A DNA stretch of 32,000 nucleotides from Candidatus Omnitrophota bacterium (GTDB lineage Bacteria; Omnitrophota; Gorgyraeia; 2-01-FULL-45-10): NCBI GenBank assembly GCA_023818895.1, contig JAMWCX010000001.1, forward strand, positions 539,789-571,788. Direction: 5' to 3'. Numbering within the stretch: position 1 is the stretch's first letter; the number at the start of each line of letters is the position of its first letter. Of this stretch, positions 7,499-16,821 are shown in pieces. Under the pieces are notes generated by a model, which worked only from the letters and a program-made list of their open reading frames with translations, made no database searches and was not told the DNA's origin. A program made the position numbers and the translations under genes.

Positions 7499-8577
7499 TA
7501 GGAAAATAGCCTGTAAAATCTGTCGAAATATCGCTTTTTCAGCCGCGCAATAAGACTTGCTCTGAAATCCCCTTCTAATCCCAGCCTCAAGAGATCGTAT
7601 AAGCCTATCTCGCGGTAATCAAGCGCCCGTATGGCCAGTTGAAGAAGAATTGTCCCTGCGCTTACCGGTAAGGCTCGGCCTTTAGCTAGCGATTTACCAA
7701 CTTGCGATTGCCTGGCACAAAAGACACGACTAAATTCATCAATGTATATTATCCAGAAACCATGCCGTTCAAGCACCGTAGCAAGACTTTTTGTATCGAA
7801 ACAATAATTGAACTCAACATCAAAATATCCTGAGGTATTGAGGGCACCGTAGTAGCGAATGTTAGGCGTCTCAATAAATATATATCCATCTGGGGCGATT
7901 ACTGCAGAAAGATGCGCCATGAACCGGTTTATATCCGAAACGTGGCCAAGGACATGCGAAAGTATAATAACCTTAGGCTTTCTGAGTTCAAACTCATAGG
8001 TCATCAAATCAGCTTCAACTATATCTATACCGTGTCGCCTGCCGCATTGGGCAGGGACGGAATCCAGCTCTATGCCCAGCACCGAAAACCCAAGCTCCTT
8101 CCACGGCAGAAGGTTAGCTCCGTCATTACATCCAAGCTCTGCGATAAGGTCACGACCCGGCACAAGATCAGCAAAGTGGGAAATGAACTTTTGTCGGGGA
8201 CGGGCAAACAATCTAAGCCGTTTTTTAAATAAATTCTCTATTTCAAGCTCCGATAGCCCTTTACCGCGCAACGCATACGATAGAGTCTGATAATGCCGCC
8301 TGGCAGCCGAATCATTCAGGATTCGGGATTTAAAGCAGCCTTCACAACTATCACAGATCACCACTTCCGAAGGTAGAAACTTCTTGCTTACTTCGGATAT
8401 CTTTGTAAAATCCTTGCCGCCACAGTACGGGCATTGCGAAACGTTCACATAGTTGACATCTTTGTAGATTTCACGTAAGAAAACCCGCCGCGCTTCGACC
8501 TCAGCACTGCTGAGTCCTTCGGGTTCTAAATCTTTCCTAAATTTGTGTTTGGCGCTGAGCAATCTTTCAGTTATCAT
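7498..8577 (-). CDS. Class I SAM-dependent methyltransferase with N-terminal Cys4 zinc-ribbon
   Basis: 359-aa ORF. It has a CPYCGG...(~20 aa)...CDSCEGC zinc-ribbon-like motif. SAM motif I is LIAELGCNDGANLL, with post-I ELD and ILSHVLGHVSD further on. Confidence 0.7.
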   Translation of the reverse strand: MITERLLSAKHKFRKDLEPEGLSSAEVEARRVFLREIYKDVNYVNVSQCPYCGGKDFTKISEVSKKFLPSEVVICDSCEGCFKSRILNDSAARRHYQTLSYALRGKGLSELEIENLFKKRLRLFARPRQKFISHFADLVPGRDLIAELGCNDGANLLPWKELGFSVLGIELDSVPAQCGRRHGIDIVEADLMTYEFELRKPKVIILSHVLGHVSDINRFMAHLSAVIAPDGYIFIETPNIRYYGALNTSGYFDVEFNYCFDTKSLATVLERHGFWIIYIDEFSRVFCARQSQVGKSLAKGRALPVSAGTILLQLAIRALDYREIGLYDLLRLGLEGDFRASLIARLKKRYFDRFYRLFS

Positions 8578-8592
8578 AGAATCCGCTTACTC

Positions 8593-10302
8593 CTATAAAC
8601 GCATTGAAGTCTTTAAAACTTCTTCTTTCATAACGGAGCTATCCCGATTGATAATCGACCGCTCCTCTTCCTTCAAGCGTTTTATGACTTGTCGCAGGCC
8701 TATACCAGGCTGGTTAATTATATTACAAGCCACCCCCGATATGGGATCCGTTGTATGACCATGCTTATCCGAAACACTCCAACATTCTCTTTTAAGTAGG
8801 CGCTTGAATATCAATAGTATCGTCTTACCTAAGCCATATATCTTTATCATATGAAAAACTATGTCCGGTTTTAAATATTTTCTGACCAGATATAGCAGAT
8901 TGTTCCTGCTGTAATGGCGTAGTAGAGCTTCATTTACCATATCTGGCCAGGCTCGCACTTTTTCAACCGGTTCCGATGTAAAATTTATAAATGAGCTTCT
9001 TAATACGTGGTTATGGATATCAGAAAAATAGATATCGGAAAGATAGGCGTCCTCATCCCCGATCTTTCCAGTAAGCCTGCCAAAATCATACAGTGGAGAG
9101 CCCGGCAACGCAAATGCATAACTGTATTGATAGCAATAAGGGCCATAATTAATGGCTTTCAGGAATTGCACATTTTCTTCTATCGTCCGCTCATTCTCTC
9201 CAGGCATACCGAAAACGAAGTTCGGACACATGTAAATACCCGCTTTTTTGGTCCATATCGCTACATCTATATTCTGCTGAAGGGTCACATTCTTTTCCAT
9301 CATATCGAGCATCTTCTGGCTACCCGACTCAATCCCATATTCAATCATGTAACAACCCGCTTCCTTGTAGGCACGGAGTATGTCATAATCGACTGTATCG
9401 ATCCTCATCCCAAGGATTTGGAACATAATATCAAGTTTACGCCTGTGCAGCTCATTGAGAAATCCCCAATTCCATTCTTTCCCTGCCGCGAAACATTCAT
9501 CACCGAAAGAGAATACGTTTACTCCGAACTTATCCATAAGGAATTCTATATAATCAAACATATATTTGAAGGAGAAATGGCGCAGCCCCTTAGTAATGCG
9601 ATAGCAGAATGCACAACTGTTGACGCACCCCCTGCTTAAGGATACCCGTAACAGATGCTTGCTCCGATGCTTGTCAAAGAAGCGTTTATCAGGATTTTTA
9701 TAATGCCGCGACGCGGCCAGAAAACGCTTTACTTCGTACAAATACTTCTTCATGTCAACCAAATCGAATGCCGGATACGGAAGGGTATCCATATCAGCTA
9801 TCAGCGGTCTCGAGCCGGTATAAATCGGGTCTTTGCCATCTTTATAGGCGATCCCTTTCACATTATTAAAAACTTTTTTTGATACGTTTTTAGAAGCGAT
9901 CTCCTGTATTGTAGAATCGCCCTCCCCTATGACAACAACGTCGACAAGCGAATTCCTAAGCAGCGGATCCCATGCAGCACCAAGCCCGCCTCCCACAACG
10001 ATTAAGATTTTCGGAAATCTTAATTTTATGAGAGCGCTTATATCTTTTACATATTTATATGACGTCGAGATGATAGCGCTAATACCCACTATATCAGGAT
10101 CGAATTCATCAATCACTTTGAGAAGATCAGCGCTACTCATGTGGTCAACATCACATGTAGAAATTCTGACATCGTGACCCTGCCTGATAAGGGCGCTGGC
10201 TATGTAGAGTGCACCATATGGCGGATCAGCAAACGCCCGCTCCCGTACTGGTGGGAATAAAGAGTAGTCTTGTGCTGGAGCAACAATAAGCTGAATTTTC
10301 AC
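8593..10302 (-). CDS. B12-binding-domain radical SAM enzyme (class B rSAM)
   Basis: 569-aa ORF with a GTG start at 10302. The N-terminal cobalamin-binding domain reads DIVGISAI...ILIVVGGGLGAAWDPLL...VDVVVIGEGDSTI, with MDTLPYPAFD. The radical SAM cluster motif is SRGCVNSCAFCYR (CX3CX2C). There is no Cys-rich SPASM/twitch tail. Confidence 0.85.
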   Translation of the reverse strand: MKIQLIVAPAQDYSLFPPVRERAFADPPYGALYIASALIRQGHDVRISTCDVDHMSSADLLKVIDEFDPDIVGISAIISTSYKYVKDISALIKLRFPKILIVVGGGLGAAWDPLLRNSLVDVVVIGEGDSTIQEIASKNVSKKVFNNVKGIAYKDGKDPIYTGSRPLIADMDTLPYPAFDLVDMKKYLYEVKRFLAASRHYKNPDKRFFDKHRSKHLLRVSLSRGCVNSCAFCYRITKGLRHFSFKYMFDYIEFLMDKFGVNVFSFGDECFAAGKEWNWGFLNELHRRKLDIMFQILGMRIDTVDYDILRAYKEAGCYMIEYGIESGSQKMLDMMEKNVTLQQNIDVAIWTKKAGIYMCPNFVFGMPGENERTIEENVQFLKAINYGPYCYQYSYAFALPGSPLYDFGRLTGKIGDEDAYLSDIYFSDIHNHVLRSSFINFTSEPVEKVRAWPDMVNEALLRHYSRNNLLYLVRKYLKPDIVFHMIKIYGLGKTILLIFKRLLKRECWSVSDKHGHTTDPISGVACNIINQPGIGLRQVIKRLKEEERSIINRDSSVMKEEVLKTSMRL

Positions 10303-10327
10303 AACCTACGCTCTCCCATAAAATAAA

Positions 10328-11386
10328 TCATGGAAATGGCACCCCATATTCTTCTGCCAATGCGATGAGTGCTTCATATTCAATTTTGGTGAGTGGTATT
10401 CCTGCTTTTTCTCTCTCACTCCTCTTCTTTTTCTCAGGATCGCCCGAAACCATAACCGGATTATGTTTGTCTATCGCAGGAGAGCTTCTGAGATCATTCA
10501 TTAAAAGCGACATTCGCTTCTTAAATGCCGATACTGGCTGAAAACAGTCTATTCTTACTGCTATCATGAAATGTCCGAGCATGCGATGTTGGCTCATGGG
10601 TGCCTCGAACATTTTCGGTATATTAGGCCCATATGGCATTCCGGTTAGTAGACTGCAAAGTACCTCTATCATCAAGCTAAGACCGTAACCCTTATATCCG
10701 CCAATAGGCAATAGTGTCGTTATCTTGTGCGGATCCGTCGTCTCCACCCCATTCCTATCGGCACCAACGCCTGGAGGCGCCTCCAGACCAGAATCTCTAA
10801 GCTGTCGTATCTTATTGAAAGTGACTACGCTTGTCGCCATATCTAGGCAAAGTGGTTCCTCATCTTCACAGGGAACGGTAAAGGCAATTGGATTATTGCC
10901 CAGAAAAGGCTCTTTGCCGCCGTGAGGTTTGATAAGAGCATCCGTATTAGTGAAACTGAATCCTATCATATCATGTTTCGCAATTTCAAGAGCATAGTAG
11001 GCAGCGGCACCAAAATGGGATGAATTATATACGGCTACATGACCTGTCCCTGCTTCTTTAGCAAGCTCTATGGCTTTGCGAACGGCTTCCATACCTGCCG
11101 CATGGCCAAAGGTATGATCGGCATCGAGCTTACCGGTCGAGGCGGAGGTACGCTTGAATACATATTTTGGATCAGGATTAATGCGTCCGCCCTTAACTCC
11201 CTTAAGATAATGAGGAAATAGCCTCAAGCCGTGCGAATCAACTCCTCTTAGCGAAGTCTGAACGAGGCCGTCTGTGACGTAAAAAGCCACATCGCGCCTA
11301 ACGCCAGCCTTAAGCATGATATTCATCATAAAATCATGAAGGCTCTTAGCCGAAACCTTTATCTCTTCTATCGCTTTAGATTTCAT
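10328..11386 (-). CDS. Ldh_2-family NAD(P)H-dependent 2-oxoacid/imine reductase (malate/L-lactate/sulfolactate dehydrogenase type 2)
   Basis: The ORF track gives 10328-11407. I prefer the internal ATG at 11386 (MKSKAIEEI...), which forms an ATGA overlap with the upstream stop (11383-11386). SLRGVDSHGLRLFPHYLKGVKGGRINPDP and HFGAAAYYA are typical of the Ldh_2 family. Confidence 0.8.
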   Translation of the reverse strand: MKSKAIEEIKVSAKSLHDFMMNIMLKAGVRRDVAFYVTDGLVQTSLRGVDSHGLRLFPHYLKGVKGGRINPDPKYVFKRTSASTGKLDADHTFGHAAGMEAVRKAIELAKEAGTGHVAVYNSSHFGAAAYYALEIAKHDMIGFSFTNTDALIKPHGGKEPFLGNNPIAFTVPCEDEEPLCLDMATSVVTFNKIRQLRDSGLEAPPGVGADRNGVETTDPHKITTLLPIGGYKGYGLSLMIEVLCSLLTGMPYGPNIPKMFEAPMSQHRMLGHFMIAVRIDCFQPVSAFKKRMSLLMNDLRSSPAIDKHNPVMVSGDPEKKKRSEREKAGIPLTKIEYEALIALAEEYGVPFP

Positions 11387-12558
11387 ATGCCCTTCACTTC
11401 TACCCACTCGCTTCCTTTCTTAAGGCTCCTGTCCACTCCTTCTATGACGGCCGTTGAGATAAGCGATGTTCTGAAGGTCGGCCTCTTAGCCTCTAATTCT
11501 TTTATAGTAACTGCCCCCTTCTCTATGTCCGATACATCCTGCAAAAATGTTTGAATACTCTTTATTCCGTAACCGCGGTATTCAACTTCACCCGGCCGGC
11601 CGTATGCAGCACAAAAATAAGGGTTAAACGTCTCTATTCCACGTTTATCACTTATCATAGTTATACCCCTGTCTTTCTGATCCGATTCAAAACGCCCTTG
11701 AGCACCTATTACCTTTATGCGCTGATCTGACATCGCTGAAGTAGAGTCGGGATCTATCCAGTTCGTAATGATGTGCGAGCTAAACTTGTTGCCGGAACTC
11801 CCGTGCCATTCAATCACCGCCTCTATAGCATCATAAGTATCAAGACCTCGCCTTAATAGCCAGTTCTTTTGGCCTATCGCCATTACACGCATGGGCTTCG
11901 CGCAAGTTGTATAATATATAATATCCACATAGTGCACACCAAGATAATTGAATATATTCGTCGTACTTGCCCATGCCCTGAACACCTTTAAAGGCATAAC
12001 CTTTCTCTGGCTAAACTCAATGATGAAATAAAGAAGATCGCCCAACGCTCCGCTGGCTATCACATCCTTCATTTTTATATTAGCGTCGTCAAACCTTTTG
12101 TGGAACTCTACCGCACAATAAACCCCGTGTTCATTTTGCGCCTTTATAAGCCGTTTTACCTCTTTTACTGTAGTTGCCAGCGGTTTCACTACAAGAGTAT
12201 GAAAACCATGCTCTATCGAATATTCCGCAATATCAGCATGAAGCGAGTCCGGTACAGCGATAATGCATGCAGCGGGTGTGCGTATATTCCGCAAGACTTT
12301 TTTGTACGCTTTCACATCACAACCGTTTTGAGGATAATATTTGATATCGGCGTTTACACCCATTAAGCGCCCAAGCGCAATGGTTTTCTTTGACGCTGCC
12401 CTAGCACTTGACGACTTGGTGGTCACAATAACTACTTGACCAACTTGGTCATGCCGTTTTGCCTCAAGAAGAGCGGGCATTATTGTGCCATAGCCTTCAA
12501 CACCTCTTCCGCACACATACATACCACCACCGACTACAACAACATTAATAGACTTCAT
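11383..12558 (-). CDS. Gfo/Idh/MocA-like NAD(P)-dependent oxidoreductase
   Basis: The track ORF starts at a TTG (12564). The ATG at 12558 (MKSINVVVVGGGMYVCGRG) has GAGG 6 nt upstream. There is an N-terminal Rossmann GGG motif. HTLVVKPLATTVKEVKRL corresponds to the EKP motif region, followed by VEFHKRFD. Confidence 0.65.
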   Translation of the reverse strand: MKSINVVVVGGGMYVCGRGVEGYGTIMPALLEAKRHDQVGQVVIVTTKSSSARAASKKTIALGRLMGVNADIKYYPQNGCDVKAYKKVLRNIRTPAACIIAVPDSLHADIAEYSIEHGFHTLVVKPLATTVKEVKRLIKAQNEHGVYCAVEFHKRFDDANIKMKDVIASGALGDLLYFIIEFSQRKVMPLKVFRAWASTTNIFNYLGVHYVDIIYYTTCAKPMRVMAIGQKNWLLRRGLDTYDAIEAVIEWHGSSGNKFSSHIITNWIDPDSTSAMSDQRIKVIGAQGRFESDQKDRGITMISDKRGIETFNPYFCAAYGRPGEVEYRGYGIKSIQTFLQDVSDIEKGAVTIKELEAKRPTFRTSLISTAVIEGVDRSLKKGSEWVEVKGI

Positions 12559-12577
12559 AGACAACCTCGTAACCGGC

Positions 12578-13684
12578 CTAAATTAGTCCTTTTTCCTCGA
12601 TAAGACCTTTAACGTAATTTGAAATAGCCAAAGATGCCGTAAGCGCAGGTGACTCCATTCCCCATAAGTCCAGCCATCCCGGCTCAGGCGCCCACTCGAA
12701 TCTGAAGTCTTCCACTCTTTCATTCGGGCCGTATATCCTTGGCCTTATTCCAGCACAATCAGGATGGAGGCGCGTTACGTCTATGGAAGGCAAATAGCTC
12801 TTAATCGTTGCCGCCATCTCATCAACGATGTTTGCGCGTACATTAAAGTCATCAAGATCACGTACTTCTTCGGTGTTGGGGCCAAAACGCAGCGATCCAT
12901 TAAGGTCCGGTGTTGCATCCACCCTCTCCTCTATAACTCCCGGTGTTATCGAAGAATATACGATATGACTTACGGGGGATGGGCCGGAAAATCTTATATA
13001 GCACCCTTTCGAAGGATAAAGTTCGGCTGTTTTCCTACCGGGGAAGACTTTTTTGCTCAACTGTATCGCGTACAGCCCTGCTGCATTTACGACAAGCCGC
13101 GCCTTTATAGACGAAGCCTGCCTGCCACCTACTCTAACCTCCCAACCGGACGAAGAACGTTCTGCTCCCACCACAGGCGCTCCTCCTGCAAATATCACGC
13201 CTTTTGATTTTGCAATACTAAAGAGCGCCTTCATAAAACCGTGGGAATCGAATATCCCTGAAGACGGTGAAAGTAGCGCAGCTATACCGTCGAGTAACGG
13301 CTCTAGTTTCCGCAGCTGTCTTCTATCTAGCTCCACAATGTCAGTCACGCCATTACTCAGAGCTTGTTTACGTGTAGCCTCCAGGCGCGAAAGCTCTTCC
13401 GGACGCCTGGCAATTAATAACTTACCTATCTTTTTCACCCGAACTTTATTATCTTCGCAGAAGTTGTACAAAAGGTCTCTACCACTCCTGCATAATAAGG
13501 CCTTGAGAGATCCTGTCTGGTAATACATACCGGCATGTATTGTCTCTGTGCTCCGCGATGATATCCCCATGCCGTACTTTTCCTCTTTCTCAAGCAGGAC
13601 AACTGAGAGGCCACTATCAGCCAGCTTATTAGCCACTGCCAGCCCTATTACACCAGCGCCTATCACTACTGCGTCTGTTTCCAT
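12578..13684 (-). CDS. FAD-dependent oxidoreductase (DAO family; L-2-hydroxyglutarate oxidase / glycerol-3-phosphate dehydrogenase-like)
   Basis: 368-aa ORF. DAVVIGAGVIGLAVANKLADSGLSVVLLEKEEKYGMGISSRSTETIHAGMYYQTGSLKALLC combines a GxGxxG dinucleotide fold with the xSxRxSxxIHAGxYY pattern I associate with LhgO-type flavoenzymes. Confidence 0.75.
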   Translation of the reverse strand: METDAVVIGAGVIGLAVANKLADSGLSVVLLEKEEKYGMGISSRSTETIHAGMYYQTGSLKALLCRSGRDLLYNFCEDNKVRVKKIGKLLIARRPEELSRLEATRKQALSNGVTDIVELDRRQLRKLEPLLDGIAALLSPSSGIFDSHGFMKALFSIAKSKGVIFAGGAPVVGAERSSSGWEVRVGGRQASSIKARLVVNAAGLYAIQLSKKVFPGRKTAELYPSKGCYIRFSGPSPVSHIVYSSITPGVIEERVDATPDLNGSLRFGPNTEEVRDLDDFNVRANIVDEMAATIKSYLPSIDVTRLHPDCAGIRPRIYGPNERVEDFRFEWAPEPGWLDLWGMESPALTASLAISNYVKGLIEEKGLI

Positions 13685-13687
13685 GTC

Positions 13688-14815
13688 TTACCTAATCGAT
13701 TTCGGATCCTCTGCCATTAAAGTATCTCTGAATTGGCTTACAAAAATTTCCATGATCGGCCTCGGCGCAGCTGTAACCGAGAATCCTGTATCATACGGCG
13801 CAGGCCAGCCCCCGCGCACATACACTTTACGAAGGCGCAAGCCCTCAACAACATCCGCGGAACGTTTCTTGGAATGCATTTCTATATATAGGAAGTTGGA
13901 GGCCTCCCCGCCATTATGTTCTACGCCGAGTGCATCTAGTTCGCCCTTGAGATACTCAAGACCATCACGTATATCTTTCACGTAATTTTTGACAATATGA
14001 TAGTTCTCCAGGAAATACCCCGCGACTGCCATTGAGAGGGTATTTGTTTCGTATCCAGTACGTGTCTTAGAAACGTAATCTATATATCTCGCAGGCCCTA
14101 TCAGATACCCCAAGCGTATTCCCGCAAGTCCAAATGCCTTTGAGAATGAGCGCATAATGAAAATGTTTTCGAACTCGTCTATGAGTTTCATTGCGCCGGG
14201 GGGACCAAACTCAAAATAGACCTCGTCCACCACAAAGAAGGTGTTGTTCTCGAGACACCTCTTTGCGATGTGCCGCATCTCTTCAGTTCCAAGAGTGCCC
14301 TCTATGGGCACATTAGGGTTTGGTATGAATAAAAACGACGTTTTTTCATCAAGCAATGACATCATTTTTTCAATATCTAGCCTATATTCGGACGTATATC
14401 CGAAAGTCTTATAGTCTACACCGAACATCCTGCAGTAGACAGGATATAAGGCGAATGTCGGGAGGGGGAATATGATATTGTCTCCCGGGCTTGCAATCGA
14501 TTCGATGAGAGACTTTATCGCACCCGAAACGCCCTCAGTTATATAAAGCCGCTCTTTTCCGATGCCGAGCCATGAGGCCAGCCTATCATAGAAAGGCATT
14601 ATATCAGGGTAGAGGTTAAAATTACTCCGCGCTATCCTGTCGCATATGGCATGCATCGTCTCTTTGTCAAACGGGACCACCCTTTCGTTCCGGTCGAGGT
14701 ATAGCCCTGACGAAACATCTCTGTATGCACCCACCCTGGTCCGTTCCAACATCTCAAGCCGCAACTTTAAATTTTTTTTCATCTTCACTTTTATCCGATG
14801 GGCTATTCGCCGCAT
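13688..14815 (-). CDS. Class I/II PLP-dependent aminotransferase (HisC/CobD-like)
   Basis: 375-aa ORF. MRSFSKAFGLAGIRLGYLIG carries the PLP-lysine motif (SxSKxxxxxGxRxGY) and NPNVP is an NPNNPTG-like motif. The ATG at 14815 overlaps the upstream gene by 13 nt. The alternative start is ATG 14782 (MKKNLKL). Confidence 0.8.
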   Translation of the reverse strand: MRRIAHRIKVKMKKNLKLRLEMLERTRVGAYRDVSSGLYLDRNERVVPFDKETMHAICDRIARSNFNLYPDIMPFYDRLASWLGIGKERLYITEGVSGAIKSLIESIASPGDNIIFPLPTFALYPVYCRMFGVDYKTFGYTSEYRLDIEKMMSLLDEKTSFLFIPNPNVPIEGTLGTEEMRHIAKRCLENNTFFVVDEVYFEFGPPGAMKLIDEFENIFIMRSFSKAFGLAGIRLGYLIGPARYIDYVSKTRTGYETNTLSMAVAGYFLENYHIVKNYVKDIRDGLEYLKGELDALGVEHNGGEASNFLYIEMHSKKRSADVVEGLRLRKVYVRGGWPAPYDTGFSVTAAPRPIMEIFVSQFRDTLMAEDPKSIR

Positions 14816-16818
14816 TTGACCAATACTTTATCGCTACCCCACCGCCTCATATAGTCATCCCTGGCCCTGTCCATAGCTTCGGCTTGGGTCTGGCCTTTTT
14901 CTAGACTTTCCAGGAGGGACTTTATATATCCCCCGATCCTCTCGCCTGCCCTGCCGTCCCTGAAAGGCTCTATCTCATCAATGTGCGGCGCCCAGCCCAG
15001 ATAACCGGCTTCCCGCTGAGGGTCCTTTTTCATCTTCTTCAGGAAATCTATCAACCTGTCTATGTCGTCAAATACTATCTTGTCGTATCCCCATATATAT
15101 AAAGGGTTGGAGCGGTGGCCTGGCAAATCGCACAGAACTCCCCTGGAACCAGTAACAACAGCTTCTATCACAGCCGAGGATATGCCTATGCCAACGGCTA
15201 TATCTGCGTGACGCGCTACCTGTGACGGAAAATAGCCCGCACTATTATTAAGCCTTACCAGACGGCCCGTCTTTAAGGCGTCCGAAAAGACCTTATCTAT
15301 GTCCGGAAGACTATCGAAGAAGCTGGATTGTTTTTTCTCTTTCATGATAATGGCAAGCCCATCATCTTCTATAAGCCAAGCCAGGAACTTTTTGTAGAAA
15401 AGCGCCATCATATTCTTACTGAAAGGTCCTTTTGTATTATATGCGTTGTCAAAAAGCGCTATCGTAAAGGCGCGCTTCGGAACTCTACGCCCATCTTCCA
15501 AAAAAATACTTCCTGATAGGGGCTTATCCTGGAATGCGGCATCGAAAGGATAACCCGATATAATGAATTCCCTTAAGGCCCTACTCGTGCCGCGGTGGGT
15601 GGTAATTACGCTGCCCCATACGAAGAGGAGATGATTAGCATTGTAACGTAAGGCATACTGATACTCGGTCCCCTTAAGCGCTGAACGCTGGGCGCCGATA
15701 CGTATCCCCCCTGTCATATCGAGAGCTATCCTTTCGGCCACCAACTCAAGATGCGGAGCACTCAGATCAAATACGACCTTTATATTGAAAAGCTTGTAGA
15801 ACCTGAGAGCCATGGTTATCTGGACAGACAATGTTCGGAAGTTGTCCACTATCCAGCGATCGACGCCTTTTGCCCCTCCCGTTTTTAGTTTCGGCACCTC
15901 GTCATAGTTAAGGCGAAATGCCGGGTTCTTCTGTCTAGAAACCTTTCTTCCCTGCAAGTGAAGTATGCTTTCGTAAAGACATACCCACGGAATACCAGTA
16001 CGCTCAACCTCATCAATAACAGCTCCGGAGATAGGCACTTTGGCATTCCTGTAATGGTCGAAATATATAAGCATTCTGCCTGCTCCTATACCTGACCGCC
16101 TATACCAGAAAATGTCCGATTTTTTTTCAGTATCAGCCCCGTCCACAAAATGCACAGCCACGCGCCCTGAACGGTCCGATAGATCCAAGCCCTCTCCTAC
16201 CAACCTGCGCAGGAAGAACCTTTTATTAAACGCATCCCGTACTGCATTCTTCAGGGCATACAAGGCATACGCCGGCGAGTAATATGTCCTAACCCTTATA
16301 TACTCGTTCTCTCGCAACGAAGTAAGCTCCTTGGAAATCGGCGTGGAGGGACATAGGACCAGTTGCAAAGTCTTGTCGCAACTTGCAGAAACATGCCATC
16401 TCACGATGGACAGAAGCCTCGCTACAAAGAACAAATCTTCGCAGATCTTGAGCTCAAAAAATATATCCACTTCTTCTTCGGGAAGTCTGGAGATAATCTC
16501 TTTATAACGCTCCCTGGTTTTCAATCTCGTAAGTATCTTGCGGGCGAGGTTCGTCAGATCTATCTCAAAATTCACTCCCATTGATCGACCGTCCACCTTA
16601 AGGTCAGCCAGGGAATACGAATACTTAAGCATTTCTATTCGGGTATTGATCAGCCTTTCAAAACATGGTATAAACGCCCGGACAGCCCAAGAGGCCTTTT
16701 CGTAATGCACCCTCAGACACTTATTGCCAAAAGACAGTGCTACAAGGGTGGGGAGTGCCGCAAGGGACGCATTGTGTATCCATACGTCCGTTATCATGAC
16801 CCATGGAGTCCAAATCAT
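14803..16818 (-). CDS. Large orphan protein (671 aa); possible GT-B-like transferase
   Basis: Intact ORF with AAGGAG 9 nt upstream of ATG 16818. I recognise no family motif. The C-terminal half (ADIAVGIGISSAVIEAVVTGSRGVLCDLPG...IVFDDIDRLIDFLKK) loosely resembles the donor-binding half of GT-B/capsule-type transferases. The CDS is very likely real; the function call is weak. Confidence 0.3.
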   Translation of the reverse strand: MIWTPWVMITDVWIHNASLAALPTLVALSFGNKCLRVHYEKASWAVRAFIPCFERLINTRIEMLKYSYSLADLKVDGRSMGVNFEIDLTNLARKILTRLKTRERYKEIISRLPEEEVDIFFELKICEDLFFVARLLSIVRWHVSASCDKTLQLVLCPSTPISKELTSLRENEYIRVRTYYSPAYALYALKNAVRDAFNKRFFLRRLVGEGLDLSDRSGRVAVHFVDGADTEKKSDIFWYRRSGIGAGRMLIYFDHYRNAKVPISGAVIDEVERTGIPWVCLYESILHLQGRKVSRQKNPAFRLNYDEVPKLKTGGAKGVDRWIVDNFRTLSVQITMALRFYKLFNIKVVFDLSAPHLELVAERIALDMTGGIRIGAQRSALKGTEYQYALRYNANHLLFVWGSVITTHRGTSRALREFIISGYPFDAAFQDKPLSGSIFLEDGRRVPKRAFTIALFDNAYNTKGPFSKNMMALFYKKFLAWLIEDDGLAIIMKEKKQSSFFDSLPDIDKVFSDALKTGRLVRLNNSAGYFPSQVARHADIAVGIGISSAVIEAVVTGSRGVLCDLPGHRSNPLYIWGYDKIVFDDIDRLIDFLKKMKKDPQREAGYLGWAPHIDEIEPFRDGRAGERIGGYIKSLLESLEKGQTQAEAMDRARDDYMRRWGSDKVLVKCGE

Positions 16819-16821
16819 TCT

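Noticed and set aside
9007-9639. A 210-aa plus-strand ORF, with similar long plus-strand ORFs at 12764-13207, 13053-13523, 13548-13985, 19847-20506, 23890-24390, 26991-27557, 29071-29619 and 30386-30880.
   Set aside because: All lie antisense to minus-strand genes with clear family motifs. Their translations are low-complexity (Ser/Pro/Arg/Ile-rich) with no recognisable domains, as expected for shadow ORFs opposite real genes. None has a convincing SD.
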